From positions 96,001-160,000 of the forward strand of contig CAWIMJ010000012.1 of assembly GCA_963837175.1 (NCBI GenBank): a stretch of 64,000 nucleotides of DNA, in the 5' to 3' direction. The stretch comes from an uncultured Nitrososphaeraceae archaeon. GTDB lineage: Archaea > Thermoproteota > Nitrososphaeria > Nitrososphaerales > Nitrososphaeraceae. Below the pieces are notes generated by a model. That model was not told the DNA's origin. It did no database searches and saw only the letters and a program-made list of their open reading frames with translations. Positions 54,175-64,000 of the stretch are shown piece after piece (position 1 is the stretch's first letter; each line of letters begins with the position of its first letter). The position numbers and the translations under genes were made by a program.

Positions 54175-56055
54175 TTAACCGTACTGGTAATTAATTCCTT
54201 TTTCGCCCCGAGGATGTCTCCATTCGGTATTTTTTGCACAAGTTCCACATTCTATACATCCTTCATGTTGAAGCATTACTTCATTGTTTTCTGTTATATA
54301 GCATTTTGTTGGACAAAGTATAACCATCTTTTTCATAAACTCGCTTTTTGGATCCAATACTTTGATATGGGAAAGAGAATCATCGTCATAATTCAGTTTT
54401 GCTATACGCTGAGCAATTGTTGGAATCGAAGGGAGATATGAAGAGAAAGATCTACTACCCAATTTTTCTGCAAGCTCAATTGGCACTTGGACATAAGTCT
54501 CTTCTGATTCTACCAATGGTAAGAGACGATCGTATCCTAGCATATTAGCAAAGCCTACTGCAAGTCCTCGCAATGTACCGCTAGACATTAACTTGAAGAT
54601 CATTCCATATCTAGAGCCGACAATATCTTTCGGAACGTCTTTTGCAGCATCTAGAAATATCTTAAGATAATCTTTGTCGATTTCTTTCATGTCTCGCGTA
54701 TATGGACTATCCTCAACTAGCTGGCTATAAAATTCGCCCATATAACTATGAGAAAAGTTGTTTCTATCAATAGATCTTGCAACAGCATTGGCAGCCCTGA
54801 CTGCATCATCTATTCCTACATTAAGACCTTCTATTCTAGGACCTATAAAAATGCCCCGACCTGCAGCATCGCCTATAAATAAGATGTTCTTATAATATGG
54901 TTTCTTCATCCTACAGCGTTTTCCATCAGGAACTAATTTTGCACTGTATTCTAGCTCAATATAATCAGTTACAAATCTTGTCCCATATTTGTTACTTAAT
55001 TCTTTTTGAATAGAATCAATTCTTGCCTTAATTTCTTCGACCGACTTGTATTTGCCATTTTCAATAAGTTTTGCTCTACCAGATGGAGAATAATATGTGT
55101 GACGTAGATCTTCCCATGTCTTTATTAATTTACTTACTGCAAAGCGTTTTCTTAGTTGCTCTTCTTTTGGAAGATCCTTGTTAATTTCCTCTTTTATTGG
55201 AACCTCATCTTTAATAAACTCTTTAACCATTGGATTATTTAGTAATGTGTTAATTAGAACATAAGGTTCAGTAGGATATTTCATTAAAGAATCATAATGA
55301 TATACAGCTCCAATAGATAGCGTATCCCTGTTAGTATAAACAAATCCGCCGCCTATATGATTCATTGTAATATCACCAGCAAACAGATGTGCAACTCCTT
55401 CATTTGATCCTACTTGGAATCTTTGCTCAATAATTTCCTCTGGCAGTTTGACTATAACCTTTACACCTTGATACAATTCATCAGGACCGAATTTGTGCCG
55501 GGCACCAGTTAATTCTGCAATTTCTGAATTAACACCATCTGCTGCAATAATCGCCTTTACCTCAAATTCCTCAAGTTCATTAGTTTTAACTATTACTCTG
55601 TCATTTTGTTGTTGTTGCCAAGAAAGCGACTGGACATGAACTCCAGAAATAACGCCACCTCCTTGTTTTTCAGCACTTTCTTCTGCTTCTTTTGCAAACC
55701 AAGAATTTAATTTATTTAAAAGGACTGAATAACCAAAATTTGCCTGATATTCATGAGCACGCGTTAAATCAATAGAAAATACCTTATCTTTTGAAGTAGA
55801 ATGAAGGATATACTTTGTAATTAGCCTTTCAAGTGGAGCCTCCGAAAGAAAATCTTTACCATATACGTCTTCAACATTAAAGACCTTACCATTCTTTAGT
55901 TTCTTTGAGTAGAGAATTCCACCGGAGATATTTTTTGAGCCGACTGTTTTTCCAGCCTCTATCAGCACAGCCTGTTTTCCGAGGTTTGATAACTGCCTAA
56001 GTGCCGCTAATCCAGCTGAACCACCACCCACTATAGCCACATCAAAATGCTCCAA
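54175..56055 (-). CDS. fixC: FixC-like flavoprotein fused to a FixX-like ferredoxin domain
   Basis: VGGGSAG, GSKNISGG, AADGVNS, GGGFVYTNRDTLSIG, IGDAAG; C-terminal CPTKCY, GCIECGTC, WRHPRGEKGINYQYG. Confidence 0.88.
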   Translation of the reverse strand: MEHFDVAIVGGGSAGLAALRQLSNLGKQAVLIEAGKTVGSKNISGGILYSKKLKNGKVFNVEDVYGKDFLSEAPLERLITKYILHSTSKDKVFSIDLTRAHEYQANFGYSVLLNKLNSWFAKEAEESAEKQGGGVISGVHVQSLSWQQQQNDRVIVKTNELEEFEVKAIIAADGVNSEIAELTGARHKFGPDELYQGVKVIVKLPEEIIEQRFQVGSNEGVAHLFAGDITMNHIGGGFVYTNRDTLSIGAVYHYDSLMKYPTEPYVLINTLLNNPMVKEFIKDEVPIKEEINKDLPKEEQLRKRFAVSKLIKTWEDLRHTYYSPSGRAKLIENGKYKSVEEIKARIDSIQKELSNKYGTRFVTDYIELEYSAKLVPDGKRCRMKKPYYKNILFIGDAAGRGIFIGPRIEGLNVGIDDAVRAANAVARSIDRNNFSHSYMGEFYSQLVEDSPYTRDMKEIDKDYLKIFLDAAKDVPKDIVGSRYGMIFKLMSSGTLRGLAVGFANMLGYDRLLPLVESEETYVQVPIELAEKLGSRSFSSYLPSIPTIAQRIAKLNYDDDSLSHIKVLDPKSEFMKKMVILCPTKCYITENNEVMLQHEGCIECGTCAKNTEWRHPRGEKGINYQYG

Positions 56056-56058
56056 GTT

Positions 56059-57273
56059 TTACTTTCGAACCTCCATTAGTACTTTTTGTTTTCTCAATTC
56101 TTCTAACATCGTTGGAATAACATCTTCCATTCTGCCTTTAATGAAAATATCACACTCATCTTTTATTGATGAACTTTCATCAGGATTGATAGCAATGACA
56201 AATTCAGATTCTTTCATTCCCATAATATGCTGCATAGCCCCGCTGATACCTGCAGCAATATAAAGTAGTGGCATGACTTTTCGTCCACTTGTCCCGATTA
56301 CCCTGTCAGGAATAAAATATTTTGATTTGATCGATTCACTTACTGCAAATGGTTTCTTTGAAATGGGCAAAGATATCCCAACCTCTGCATCTAACTCTTT
56401 TGCCAGTTCTTCAATTAATTTGATGTTTTCTTCTGGAGAATCTTTGATTCCCCGTCCAAAACTAATGATTGCTTTGCAGCTATCAAAGTCAACAGTGCTT
56501 TTTACAATCTTGCGATTGAGTATTCTTATTTTGAGATCCATTTCCTCTAACTTTGGAATATAATCTATAACTGCTCCGCTCCTTGAAGTATCTTGTTTAA
56601 GTGGTTGGAATACACCCGGAATAATGCTACATGCCTGTGGATGGTATTCTCTTTCTATTAATGGATTTCTATTATCAAGACACAAAATAGTAGTCCACAG
56701 AAAACCTGAAAAATCAGGCCTATACATTTCAAGTGTCTTACTGTATTTTACAAGCTGACCTTTCGTCTTGTGTTCATGCCTAATCTCTATATCTGATATC
56801 ACAAGTTTGTTAATGTCTGATGCAAGACCAGATTCTAGTTCTGCCAATACCGTTGATGACAAATGTCTGCCAATATTATCAGCAGCAAAAAACATGTATC
56901 TAGGCTTTCTGAACTTGTCAGCATCATAGTCTAAAGAGATCTTGGACACACATTTTTTATCTTTTGCAATCTGGCTAATCACTTTTGTATATACTAGATT
57001 TCTCGGATACTGTAATTCTGGGTTCTCTGCATATATTACTGCATCAGCACCATAAAATATTAATTCTTCGCACAATTTTCTGACATTATTTCCTAATACT
57101 ACCGCGACAACTTTTTCATGAGAAGAATACTTTGTGTTAAAATCATCCATCAGTCTTCTTGCTTCACCAAGCATCTCTAAACTAACAGGAATTGGTTTGC
57201 CTTCTTCATGTTCAATTATAACATATAGATGTTGATAATTACCTTCACTGCTAGGGGACGTAGTAGTATTCAT
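56059..57273 (-). CDS. etfA: Electron transfer flavoprotein alpha subunit (FixB-like)
   Basis: FGRG, IGTSGRKV, LYIAAGISGAMQHIMGM, IAINPD. Confidence 0.9.
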   Translation of the reverse strand: MNTTTSPSSEGNYQHLYVIIEHEEGKPIPVSLEMLGEARRLMDDFNTKYSSHEKVVAVVLGNNVRKLCEELIFYGADAVIYAENPELQYPRNLVYTKVISQIAKDKKCVSKISLDYDADKFRKPRYMFFAADNIGRHLSSTVLAELESGLASDINKLVISDIEIRHEHKTKGQLVKYSKTLEMYRPDFSGFLWTTILCLDNRNPLIEREYHPQACSIIPGVFQPLKQDTSRSGAVIDYIPKLEEMDLKIRILNRKIVKSTVDFDSCKAIISFGRGIKDSPEENIKLIEELAKELDAEVGISLPISKKPFAVSESIKSKYFIPDRVIGTSGRKVMPLLYIAAGISGAMQHIMGMKESEFVIAINPDESSSIKDECDIFIKGRMEDVIPTMLEELRKQKVLMEVRK

Positions 57274-58175
57274 CTAATTATCATACCTCCAAGAACATCA
57301 CGTATCCTTGTGACAACCTTGCGTATCTGTTCGGAATCTGATCCATCTACAATTTCGGCTTTTCTACTTGCTTTTGCCTTGGGAATCTTTTCTACTTTGT
57401 ATACAATTGTAGGAGATCCAGGAAGACCAACTAACTTCAAATCGACTCCTAGTTGCTGAGCGTTGAAAATTTTGAGATATTTCTTGTAATCCTGAACTCG
57501 ATTTGTTGCCTCTTTCATGTGCTTTACAAATGCCAATCTTTGTGAAATGGTTCTAAAGAAAGGCTTGTAGGATGCGTCAATTGTAATAAAGACAGGTAAT
57601 TGAGCTTCTACCTCTTCAATAATATCGTAAAAACCTTGCAAGGTTATCAACCGTTTTGCAATAACGACTCTTCTTTCAATATCAACTTCATAATCAATTA
57701 CGTTGCCTAGAAAGGTATATCCAAGCTTCCACGCTGTCTGTGGACCAGTCTGACCAGTTTCACCGTCAGATGCTCGATGCCCTGAAAATACTATATCCAT
57801 TTTCTTGCCATTTTCCATTTTGCTTATACCAGTTTTTAGGACTTCAGCGGTGGCGAGAGTATCTGCACCAGCAAATATTCTGTCGCTATAAAGATGTAAT
57901 TCATCTGCATCACATATTGCTTGCGCTTGCTGTAAAGCAACATCAGCAATAGGAGGACCCATTGTTCCAACAGAAACATAAGCATCATACTTTACCTTGG
58001 CATAAAATGCAGCACGCGATGCAATAGCACTATGAGGGCCAAGTATGCTCTTTGTTTCTGCTCTATTTAAAGTTCCGTCAGCATTGTAACTAACGTTGCC
58101 CTCCGAAAAATCAGGCTCCAGTTTTACAATTACGGCGACATTTAGTAAATTGCCCATTATACTTGCTCTGTCCAT
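57270..58175 (-). CDS. etfB: Electron transfer flavoprotein beta subunit (FixA-like)
   Basis: GTLNR, TMGPP, DRIFAGADTLATA, DGETGQTGP, VGLPGSPTIV. Confidence 0.92.
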   Translation of the reverse strand: MDRASIMGNLLNVAVIVKLEPDFSEGNVSYNADGTLNRAETKSILGPHSAIASRAAFYAKVKYDAYVSVGTMGPPIADVALQQAQAICDADELHLYSDRIFAGADTLATAEVLKTGISKMENGKKMDIVFSGHRASDGETGQTGPQTAWKLGYTFLGNVIDYEVDIERRVVIAKRLITLQGFYDIIEEVEAQLPVFITIDASYKPFFRTISQRLAFVKHMKEATNRVQDYKKYLKIFNAQQLGVDLKLVGLPGSPTIVYKVEKIPKAKASRKAEIVDGSDSEQIRKVVTRIRDVLGGMIIR

Positions 58176-58357
58176 CTATTACCTTTAAATGGGTTGTGGA
58201 AGAAACCGATTGTTAGAGTATGATCCTAATGATGATAATCTTATAGCACTATTTTCTAATTCGATCTAATAGTGATTGTGGCTTCATAGTCAGTACGTTT
58301 ATTTATTGAGGATGGGAAAGCAAGTGTTTGAGAAATGAGTTGATCAGAACCAGGCAA

Positions 58358-59089
58358 TCACAACTTTTGTGATTGAGGCATAGCAAGAGTTTGTTCATAA
58401 TAAGCCGATCGTAATTGCTCATAGGCCCATCTTATCTTTCTATAGAATTCAGGCATCTTTGGAGAGAGCATTGTATAAGCAAGATAAAAGTCTTCAGCCT
58501 CTCTCATGTACCGCTTCATCTTGTCATAGACTACTTTATTATTCAATCCTGCTCTGCTGACAAGAAATATCATATTGTTAAGCCTATCTGCAAGTTTAAT
58601 GGTCTTTACATCATATTCTGCCACTGTGAGAATATCACAATACTTTTGGAACCTGGATAATTGACGCTCCTCATCATCTCTACCGCGATAATTTTCAAGA
58701 GGATGAATTTTCAATTCAGTTGCAATTTCGTATACTCTATTTCCGAATCGGTATCTAAGATCAGCCTCAAAACCATAAGCCTTTGTTTTATACCAATCTA
58801 AAATTCTGTCATTATCTTCTAATACATCATGCAAAATTGCAGAAGCAATTTCAACACTAGTAATATTGCGATTAGTCGACCTGTAATGTTTTACAACATC
58901 AATTGTGACTGGCCATGTATGTGTTTCTAAAAAAATTGAAACTCCGTCTTCTCTTTTTACTCCTTGATGAATCTCTTCTGCGACTTTGACTGCACTTTCA
59001 ATAAAATTATCAATACGTAGCTTGGCTTGATTTTCTAAAAAAGATAAAAATTCCTCCTTGCTTGCTTCATAAGTAGGTTTATCTTCCAT
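58358..59089 (-). CDS. Stand-alone RelA/SpoT-type HD domain hydrolase (Mesh1/small alarmone hydrolase-like)
   Basis: HQGVKREDG, ETH, AILHDVLED, KTIKLADRLNNM. Confidence 0.8.
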   Translation of the reverse strand: MEDKPTYEASKEEFLSFLENQAKLRIDNFIESAVKVAEEIHQGVKREDGVSIFLETHTWPVTIDVVKHYRSTNRNITSVEIASAILHDVLEDNDRILDWYKTKAYGFEADLRYRFGNRVYEIATELKIHPLENYRGRDDEERQLSRFQKYCDILTVAEYDVKTIKLADRLNNMIFLVSRAGLNNKVVYDKMKRYMREAEDFYLAYTMLSPKMPEFYRKIRWAYEQLRSAYYEQTLAMPQSQKL

Positions 59090-59602
59090 AAAATATTAAA
59101 GGGATAGTTAAACAAAAGGCTTGCTAATATGTTTATTAAAATATTGTAAGTACTTATTAGTAACGTAAGATTTATTCTAATATTTGGTTTTTATGGTATC
59201 AGCAGCTTTTCATCTTCTTTAAAGTGTTTTATATATTGGAGAATATAATAGAGTTGATTTTAGATGAGACATTACCTTCGATATTATCGTCCATACAGAG
59301 AATAACAAACATGGGCTAAGTTTATAAATTGATTTAAGAGAAAAATTTTGAAGAATTGGAATTTCTTTCTCATTCTAATAATTCCATCCCATACTCAATG
59401 TCTTGCATTCAGATGAGGAGTAATTGTAAAAGGTATATACAAAATCTATGCTATTGAGTCAGGCAGTTCTGTACTTAGAATTACTCAAGGTTTATCAAAT
59501 ATCATTAAGTTCTTCTAAACCACGAAATGGAGAATCCATTATATAGTTAAGACTGATCTTTGCCATAACAATATATTCTCGTTTTGATGAGTAATTCTTC
59601 CA

Positions 59603-61622
59603 GTGCTAACCTCTAGTTCGAAAGGAAGATTTGTTCTATCAGAAAATGTATTTTCACCTAAAGGCGACCAGCCTGAGGCTATTGAAAAATTAGTAAAAGG
59701 GATATTTGCAAGAAAAGCATGAAGGAGGACGATGCCAGACTTTGGTTGGAGTTACGGGCAGTGGAAAAACATTTACAATAGCAAATGTTATCGCAAAAAC
59801 AAACAAAAATACTCTTGTAATTTCCCATAATAAAACGCTGGCTGCACAATTGTATGCAGAATTCAAAGAATTTTTTCCAAATAATAACGTAGGATACTTT
59901 GTCAGTTTTTATGACTATTATCAACCTGAAAGTTACATTCCGCAAACAGATACCTATATCGAAAAGGATACAGAGGTTAATGAAAAAATTGAAAAAATGA
60001 GATTGGAAGCAACTGCAATGTTAATGTCCGGAGATCCAACGATAATTGTATCTACAGTATCATGCATATACTCACTTGGCTCGCCTACTGAATGGGAAGA
60101 AAGTGCTACTACAATAAGTAAAGGTATGACAATTAACAGAAAAGTGTTAATTCACAATCTGATCGAAGCGCGTTACGAACGCAATGACGTTTCTTTGTTG
60201 CCAGGAAACTTCAGGGCAAAGGGTGACACCATAGATATTATTCCAGGCTACTCTGATGATGTAATACGTATTTCCCTTTTCGGAGATGAAATCGAAAAGA
60301 TTACCATTCATGATCATATTACTATGAAGAAGATCAGAGATGCCAATTCTGTAAAAATCTTTCCAGCTAAACATTATATTGTAGACGACAGTTCGAGATT
60401 AGGCGCCATCGAATCAATAAGGCGTGAATTGGCTAGATGGCTTCCTAATTTACCAGGTGAACTTGAAAAACAAAGACTTGCTTCGCGTACAAAATACGAT
60501 TTAGAGATGATTGAGGAATTGGGCTATTGTTCTGGAATCGAAAATTATTCTCGTCATTTAGATGGTAGGGCTCCTGGGCAACCTCCCTATTGTTTGCTAG
60601 ACTTTTTTGGCCAAGATTTTCTACTAGTCATAGACGAATCCCATGTTACATTACCCCAACTTCATGGGATGTATAAGGGAGATTATACACGTAAGAGAAT
60701 GCTAGTTGATTATGGATTTAGACTACCAAGTGCTTTCGATAATCGTCCCCTAAAGTTTGAGGAATTTGAGAAATATTTAAGTAATAATGTAATTTTTGTA
60801 TCTGCAACACCGGCGAGCTATGAATTAAGGTCAAGCCGGCAAATTGTAGAACAATTGGTAAGACCTACTGGACTTGTCGATCCGAAAATAGAGATCAGAT
60901 CTACAAAAAATCAGATAAAAGATTTGATTAAAGAAATTACTGACAGAGCAAATAAAGACCAGAGAATTCTTGTCACGACTCTAACAAAGAGGATGGCAGA
61001 AGACCTTGCAGAATTTCTATCCAAGAACGGTATAAGAGTACGTTATTTGCACTCTGAAATTGAAGGATTAGAAAGAACAGAGTTGATACGCCAGTTACGA
61101 TTGGGCGAATTTGATGTTTTAGTAGGCATCAACTTACTTAGAGAAGGATTAGACATCCCGGAAGTGTCTCTTGTTGCCATATTGGATGCTGACAAAGAAG
61201 GATTTCTACGCAATAATACAAGTTTAATACAGACTTTTGGTCGTGCTGCAAGAAATGTCGATGGTATGGTTATTATGTATGCAGATAATATTACCGACTC
61301 AATAAAAAGTGCGATAGTAGAAACTGAGAGAAGGCGCAAAAAACAAATCCAATATAATGAGAAGAACAAGATAACACCCAAATCAGTTATCAAAGCCATC
61401 CCAGATAAAGCAACAACAAAATCAGACATAGACTTCAAAACACTTACAAAATCTATGACTCGATCAGACTTGCTCAAACTTACAATAGAGACAGAAGCAA
61501 CCATGAAGAAATTTGCTGAAGAATTGGATTTTGAAAAAGCCATTGAATTTAGAGAAAAACTGAATAAGATAAAGAATGTCTTAGGAGAACTAACACATGT
61601 AGAGGTTCATAAATATGCATGA
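59603..61622 (+). CDS. uvrB: Excinuclease ABC subunit B; N-terminus separated by a +1 frameshift
   Basis: FSPKGDQPEAIEKL upstream in another frame; GVTGSGKT, HNKTLAAQL, YDYYQPE, DESH, GINLLREGLD; extra T at 59705-59707. Confidence 0.95.
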
Positions 61623-64000
61623 TAAAATAGTTATAAAAGGTGCAAGACAGCACAACCTAAAAAATATCAATTTAGAAATTCCAAAAAACAAACTCGTTGT
61701 AATCACCGGATTATCAGGCTCAGGTAAATCTACACTTGCATTTGATACTATCTATGCAGAAGGACAAAGGCGGTATGTAGAGTCATTATCAGCGTACGCA
61801 AGACAATTTTTGGAGTTAATGGACAAACCAGATGTTGATTCTATCGATGGTTTATCGCCAGCAATTTCAATACAACAAAAGACTACCAGCAAGAATCCAC
61901 GTTCTACCGTAGGAACTGTAACAGAGATTTATGATTATCTAAGATTGCTATATGCCAGAATAGGAGTACCTAAATGTCCTGAATGCAGTAGAACAATTAC
62001 AAGTCAATCTTCAGATTCTATTACAGAATCAATACTGAAATCGGCTAAGAAAAAGAAGAATAGCTCAATAATGATTCTTGCTTCAGTCGTTTCATCAAAG
62101 AAAGGTACATATGAAAAAGTATTCAATGAAATAAAAAAAGATGGCTTTTCCAGGATTCGATTAGATGGTGCGATAACCAATCTGGAAGATGAAGACCAAG
62201 AACAACAACAAGAACATAAATCAAAATACCCTAGATTAGACAGACAAAAAAAACACACTATTGAAGTCATCGTTGACAGATTAAAGATTATGACTGAAGA
62301 AAAAAGCAGATTATTTGAGTCCGTCCAATCTGCCCTTAAGATAGGAAATGGTATTGTGATTGCCTCAATAGACGGTGAAGATATATTATACTCCCAACGC
62401 AATGCATGCCCGTATTGCGGTATAAGTCTAGGTGATTTAGAACCACGCTCATTTTCATTTAATTCTCCTTTCGGTGCCTGCAGAGAGTGCAACGGGCTTG
62501 GAGTAAAAATCGAATTTGATCCTGAACTTATTATTCCAGACAAGTCAAAAAGCATATTGGATGGAGCAGTGAAACCCTGGTCTGGTTACTTCGCTACATT
62601 TCGTTCTGCAATGCTCAGAGACGTCGGCAAACATTTTGGGTTTAATCTTTATACTCCTATCTCAAAGATGACAGAAGAGCAGGTCAGAGTCATTTTGTAT
62701 GGAACAGATGAAAAAATTCATTATAAATATGAAGGAAAATATTCTTCAGCTAGCAGATGGGAATTTAGAGGATCCTTTGAAGGTGTAATTCCCAACTTGG
62801 AGCGCTTGTATAAGGAAACTGAATCAGAATCAAAACGTGAAGATATCATGCAGTTTATGCGAGAGCGTACCTGCGACAGCTGTCTAGGTAGGAGATTGCG
62901 TAGAGAAGCACTTTCAGTCAAAATACAAGAAAAGTCGATCATGGATATATGCGATCTTTCAATTGATAACTGTTATCAATTCTTCAGAACCATAGAGCTT
63001 TCAGAAACTGAAAGATATATTGCAAGAACAATACTAAAAGAGATTATTTCAAGGCTTGAATTCTTAAATAATGTTGGATTAAACTATTTGTCCCTGAATA
63101 GAGTTACAGCCACACTTTCTGGTGGAGAATCACAGAGAATTAGATTAGCAACCCAAGTTGGTTCAAATTTAACTGGAGTTCTTTATGTCCTTGATGAACC
63201 TACTATAGGTTTGCATCAGAGAGATAATGCTAAATTAATTGATACTTTAAAAAAATTACGTGATCTTGATAATACGCTGCTCGTAGTTGAACATGATGAA
63301 GAAGTAATCCGTAATGCAGACTGGATCGTTGATATTGGGCCTGGCGCTGGCGTGCACGGTGGAGAAATTACTGCATATGGCCTATTAGGAAACGTTCTAG
63401 ATAATAAGAATTCTGTTACAGGAGCTTTCCTCAGAGGTGACAAAGTTGTGTCCTATCCTAAGCAAGACAAAAAAATTCCACAGGGATGGCTAACTGTTTA
63501 CGGAGCGCAGGAAAATAATCTAAAATCAATTGATGTACAATTTCCTATTGGTTGCATGACAGCCGTGACAGGAGTTTCTGGCTCTGGCAAATCAACATTA
63601 GTAAATGATATCTTATTCAAAGCCCTTGCAGGTCATATCTATAACACTAAAGAAAAGCCTGGTAAGCATAGAAATTTATCGGGTTTGGAATATATAGATA
63701 AAGTCATAGGAATAGATCAATCACCAATTGGTCGTACTCCAAGGTCAAATGCAGCTACCTATGTTAACGCTTTTACTCCAATTAGAGAACTATTTGCAAA
63801 GACTTCCCAAGCGAAAGAAATGGGATATAAGCCTGGAAGATTTTCGTTTAATGTTTCACAGGGAAGATGCGAAGAATGTCAAGGTGGTGGAGTCAAAAAA
63901 ATTGAAATGCAATTTTTACCTGATGTCTATGTTACATGTGATGAATGCAAAGGAAAACGATATAATTCGGAAACGCTCTCTATAAAGTACAGGGGAAAGA
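61615..64000 (+). CDS. uvrA: Excinuclease ABC subunit A, runs off the window end (absent from the ORF track)
   Basis: ATG 61615: MHDKIVIKGARQHNLKNI, GLSGSGKSTLAFDT, FSFNSPFGAC, LSGGESQRIRLATQ, GVSGSGKSTL, IDQSPIGRTPRSN. Confidence 0.96.
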   Translation, partial: MHDKIVIKGARQHNLKNINLEIPKNKLVVITGLSGSGKSTLAFDTIYAEGQRRYVESLSAYARQFLELMDKPDVDSIDGLSPAISIQQKTTSKNPRSTVGTVTEIYDYLRLLYARIGVPKCPECSRTITSQSSDSITESILKSAKKKKNSSIMILASVVSSKKGTYEKVFNEIKKDGFSRIRLDGAITNLEDEDQEQQQEHKSKYPRLDRQKKHTIEVIVDRLKIMTEEKSRLFESVQSALKIGNGIVIASIDGEDILYSQRNACPYCGISLGDLEPRSFSFNSPFGACRECNGLGVKIEFDPELIIPDKSKSILDGAVKPWSGYFATFRSAMLRDVGKHFGFNLYTPISKMTEEQVRVILYGTDEKIHYKYEGKYSSASRWEFRGSFEGVIPNLERLYKETESESKREDIMQFMRERTCDSCLGRRLRREALSVKIQEKSIMDICDLSIDNCYQFFRTIELSETERYIARTILKEIISRLEFLNNVGLNYLSLNRVTATLSGGESQRIRLATQVGSNLTGVLYVLDEPTIGLHQRDNAKLIDTLKKLRDLDNTLLVVEHDEEVIRNADWIVDIGPGAGVHGGEITAYGLLGNVLDNKNSVTGAFLRGDKVVSYPKQDKKIPQGWLTVYGAQENNLKSIDVQFPIGCMTAVTGVSGSGKSTLVNDILFKALAGHIYNTKEKPGKHRNLSGLEYIDKVIGIDQSPIGRTPRSNAATYVNAFTPIRELFAKTSQAKEMGYKPGRFSFNVSQGRCEECQGGGVKKIEMQFLPDVYVTCDECKGKRYNSETLSIKYRGK

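Noticed and set aside
48330-59089. tRNA-anchored integrated element starting at tRNA-Ser
   Set aside because: No duplicated tRNA 3' end (att site) and no integrase found in the window
1714-63985. Many short ORFs overlapping larger genes (for example 2097..2420, 14764..15153, 37667..37906, 61043..61543, 62004..62555)
   Set aside because: Antisense or off-frame shadows of well-supported genes with no motifs of their own
1-64000. CRISPR array, cas genes, rRNA, integrase or prophage
   Set aside because: No regularly spaced repeat-spacer structure or diagnostic genes seen by eye

Overview
AT-rich archaeal chromosomal segment. Gene content (his operon with a HAD gene, class II HMG-CoA reductase, zinc-type ferredoxin, Amt, FixABCX-like cluster, uvrBA, grpE-dnaK-dnaJ, RTX-repeat secreted protein, long spacers with gene debris) points to an ammonia-oxidising archaeon of the soil Nitrososphaeraceae type (inference). 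Most genes are housekeeping. Notable items: (1) a CBS-repeat protein with a C-terminal HPF/RaiA-like domain (candidate ribosome hibernation factor) next to a two-intron tRNA-Ser(TGA); (2) a 420-bp aIF-1A cassette duplicated almost perfectly in inverted orientation 43 kb apart; (3) a stand-alone RelA/SpoT-type HD hydrolase upstream of the etf/fix operon; (4) an IS6-family element with terminal inverted repeats and an 8-bp target duplication but a dead transposase; (5) several real pseudogenes not shown in the ORF track; (6) a perfect 32-bp palindrome upstream of the ferredoxin. Six genes each carry one extra base, most likely consensus-sequencing error. No CRISPR array, rRNA or prophage was seen. 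All calls come from reading the sequence and recalled motifs; no database search was run.
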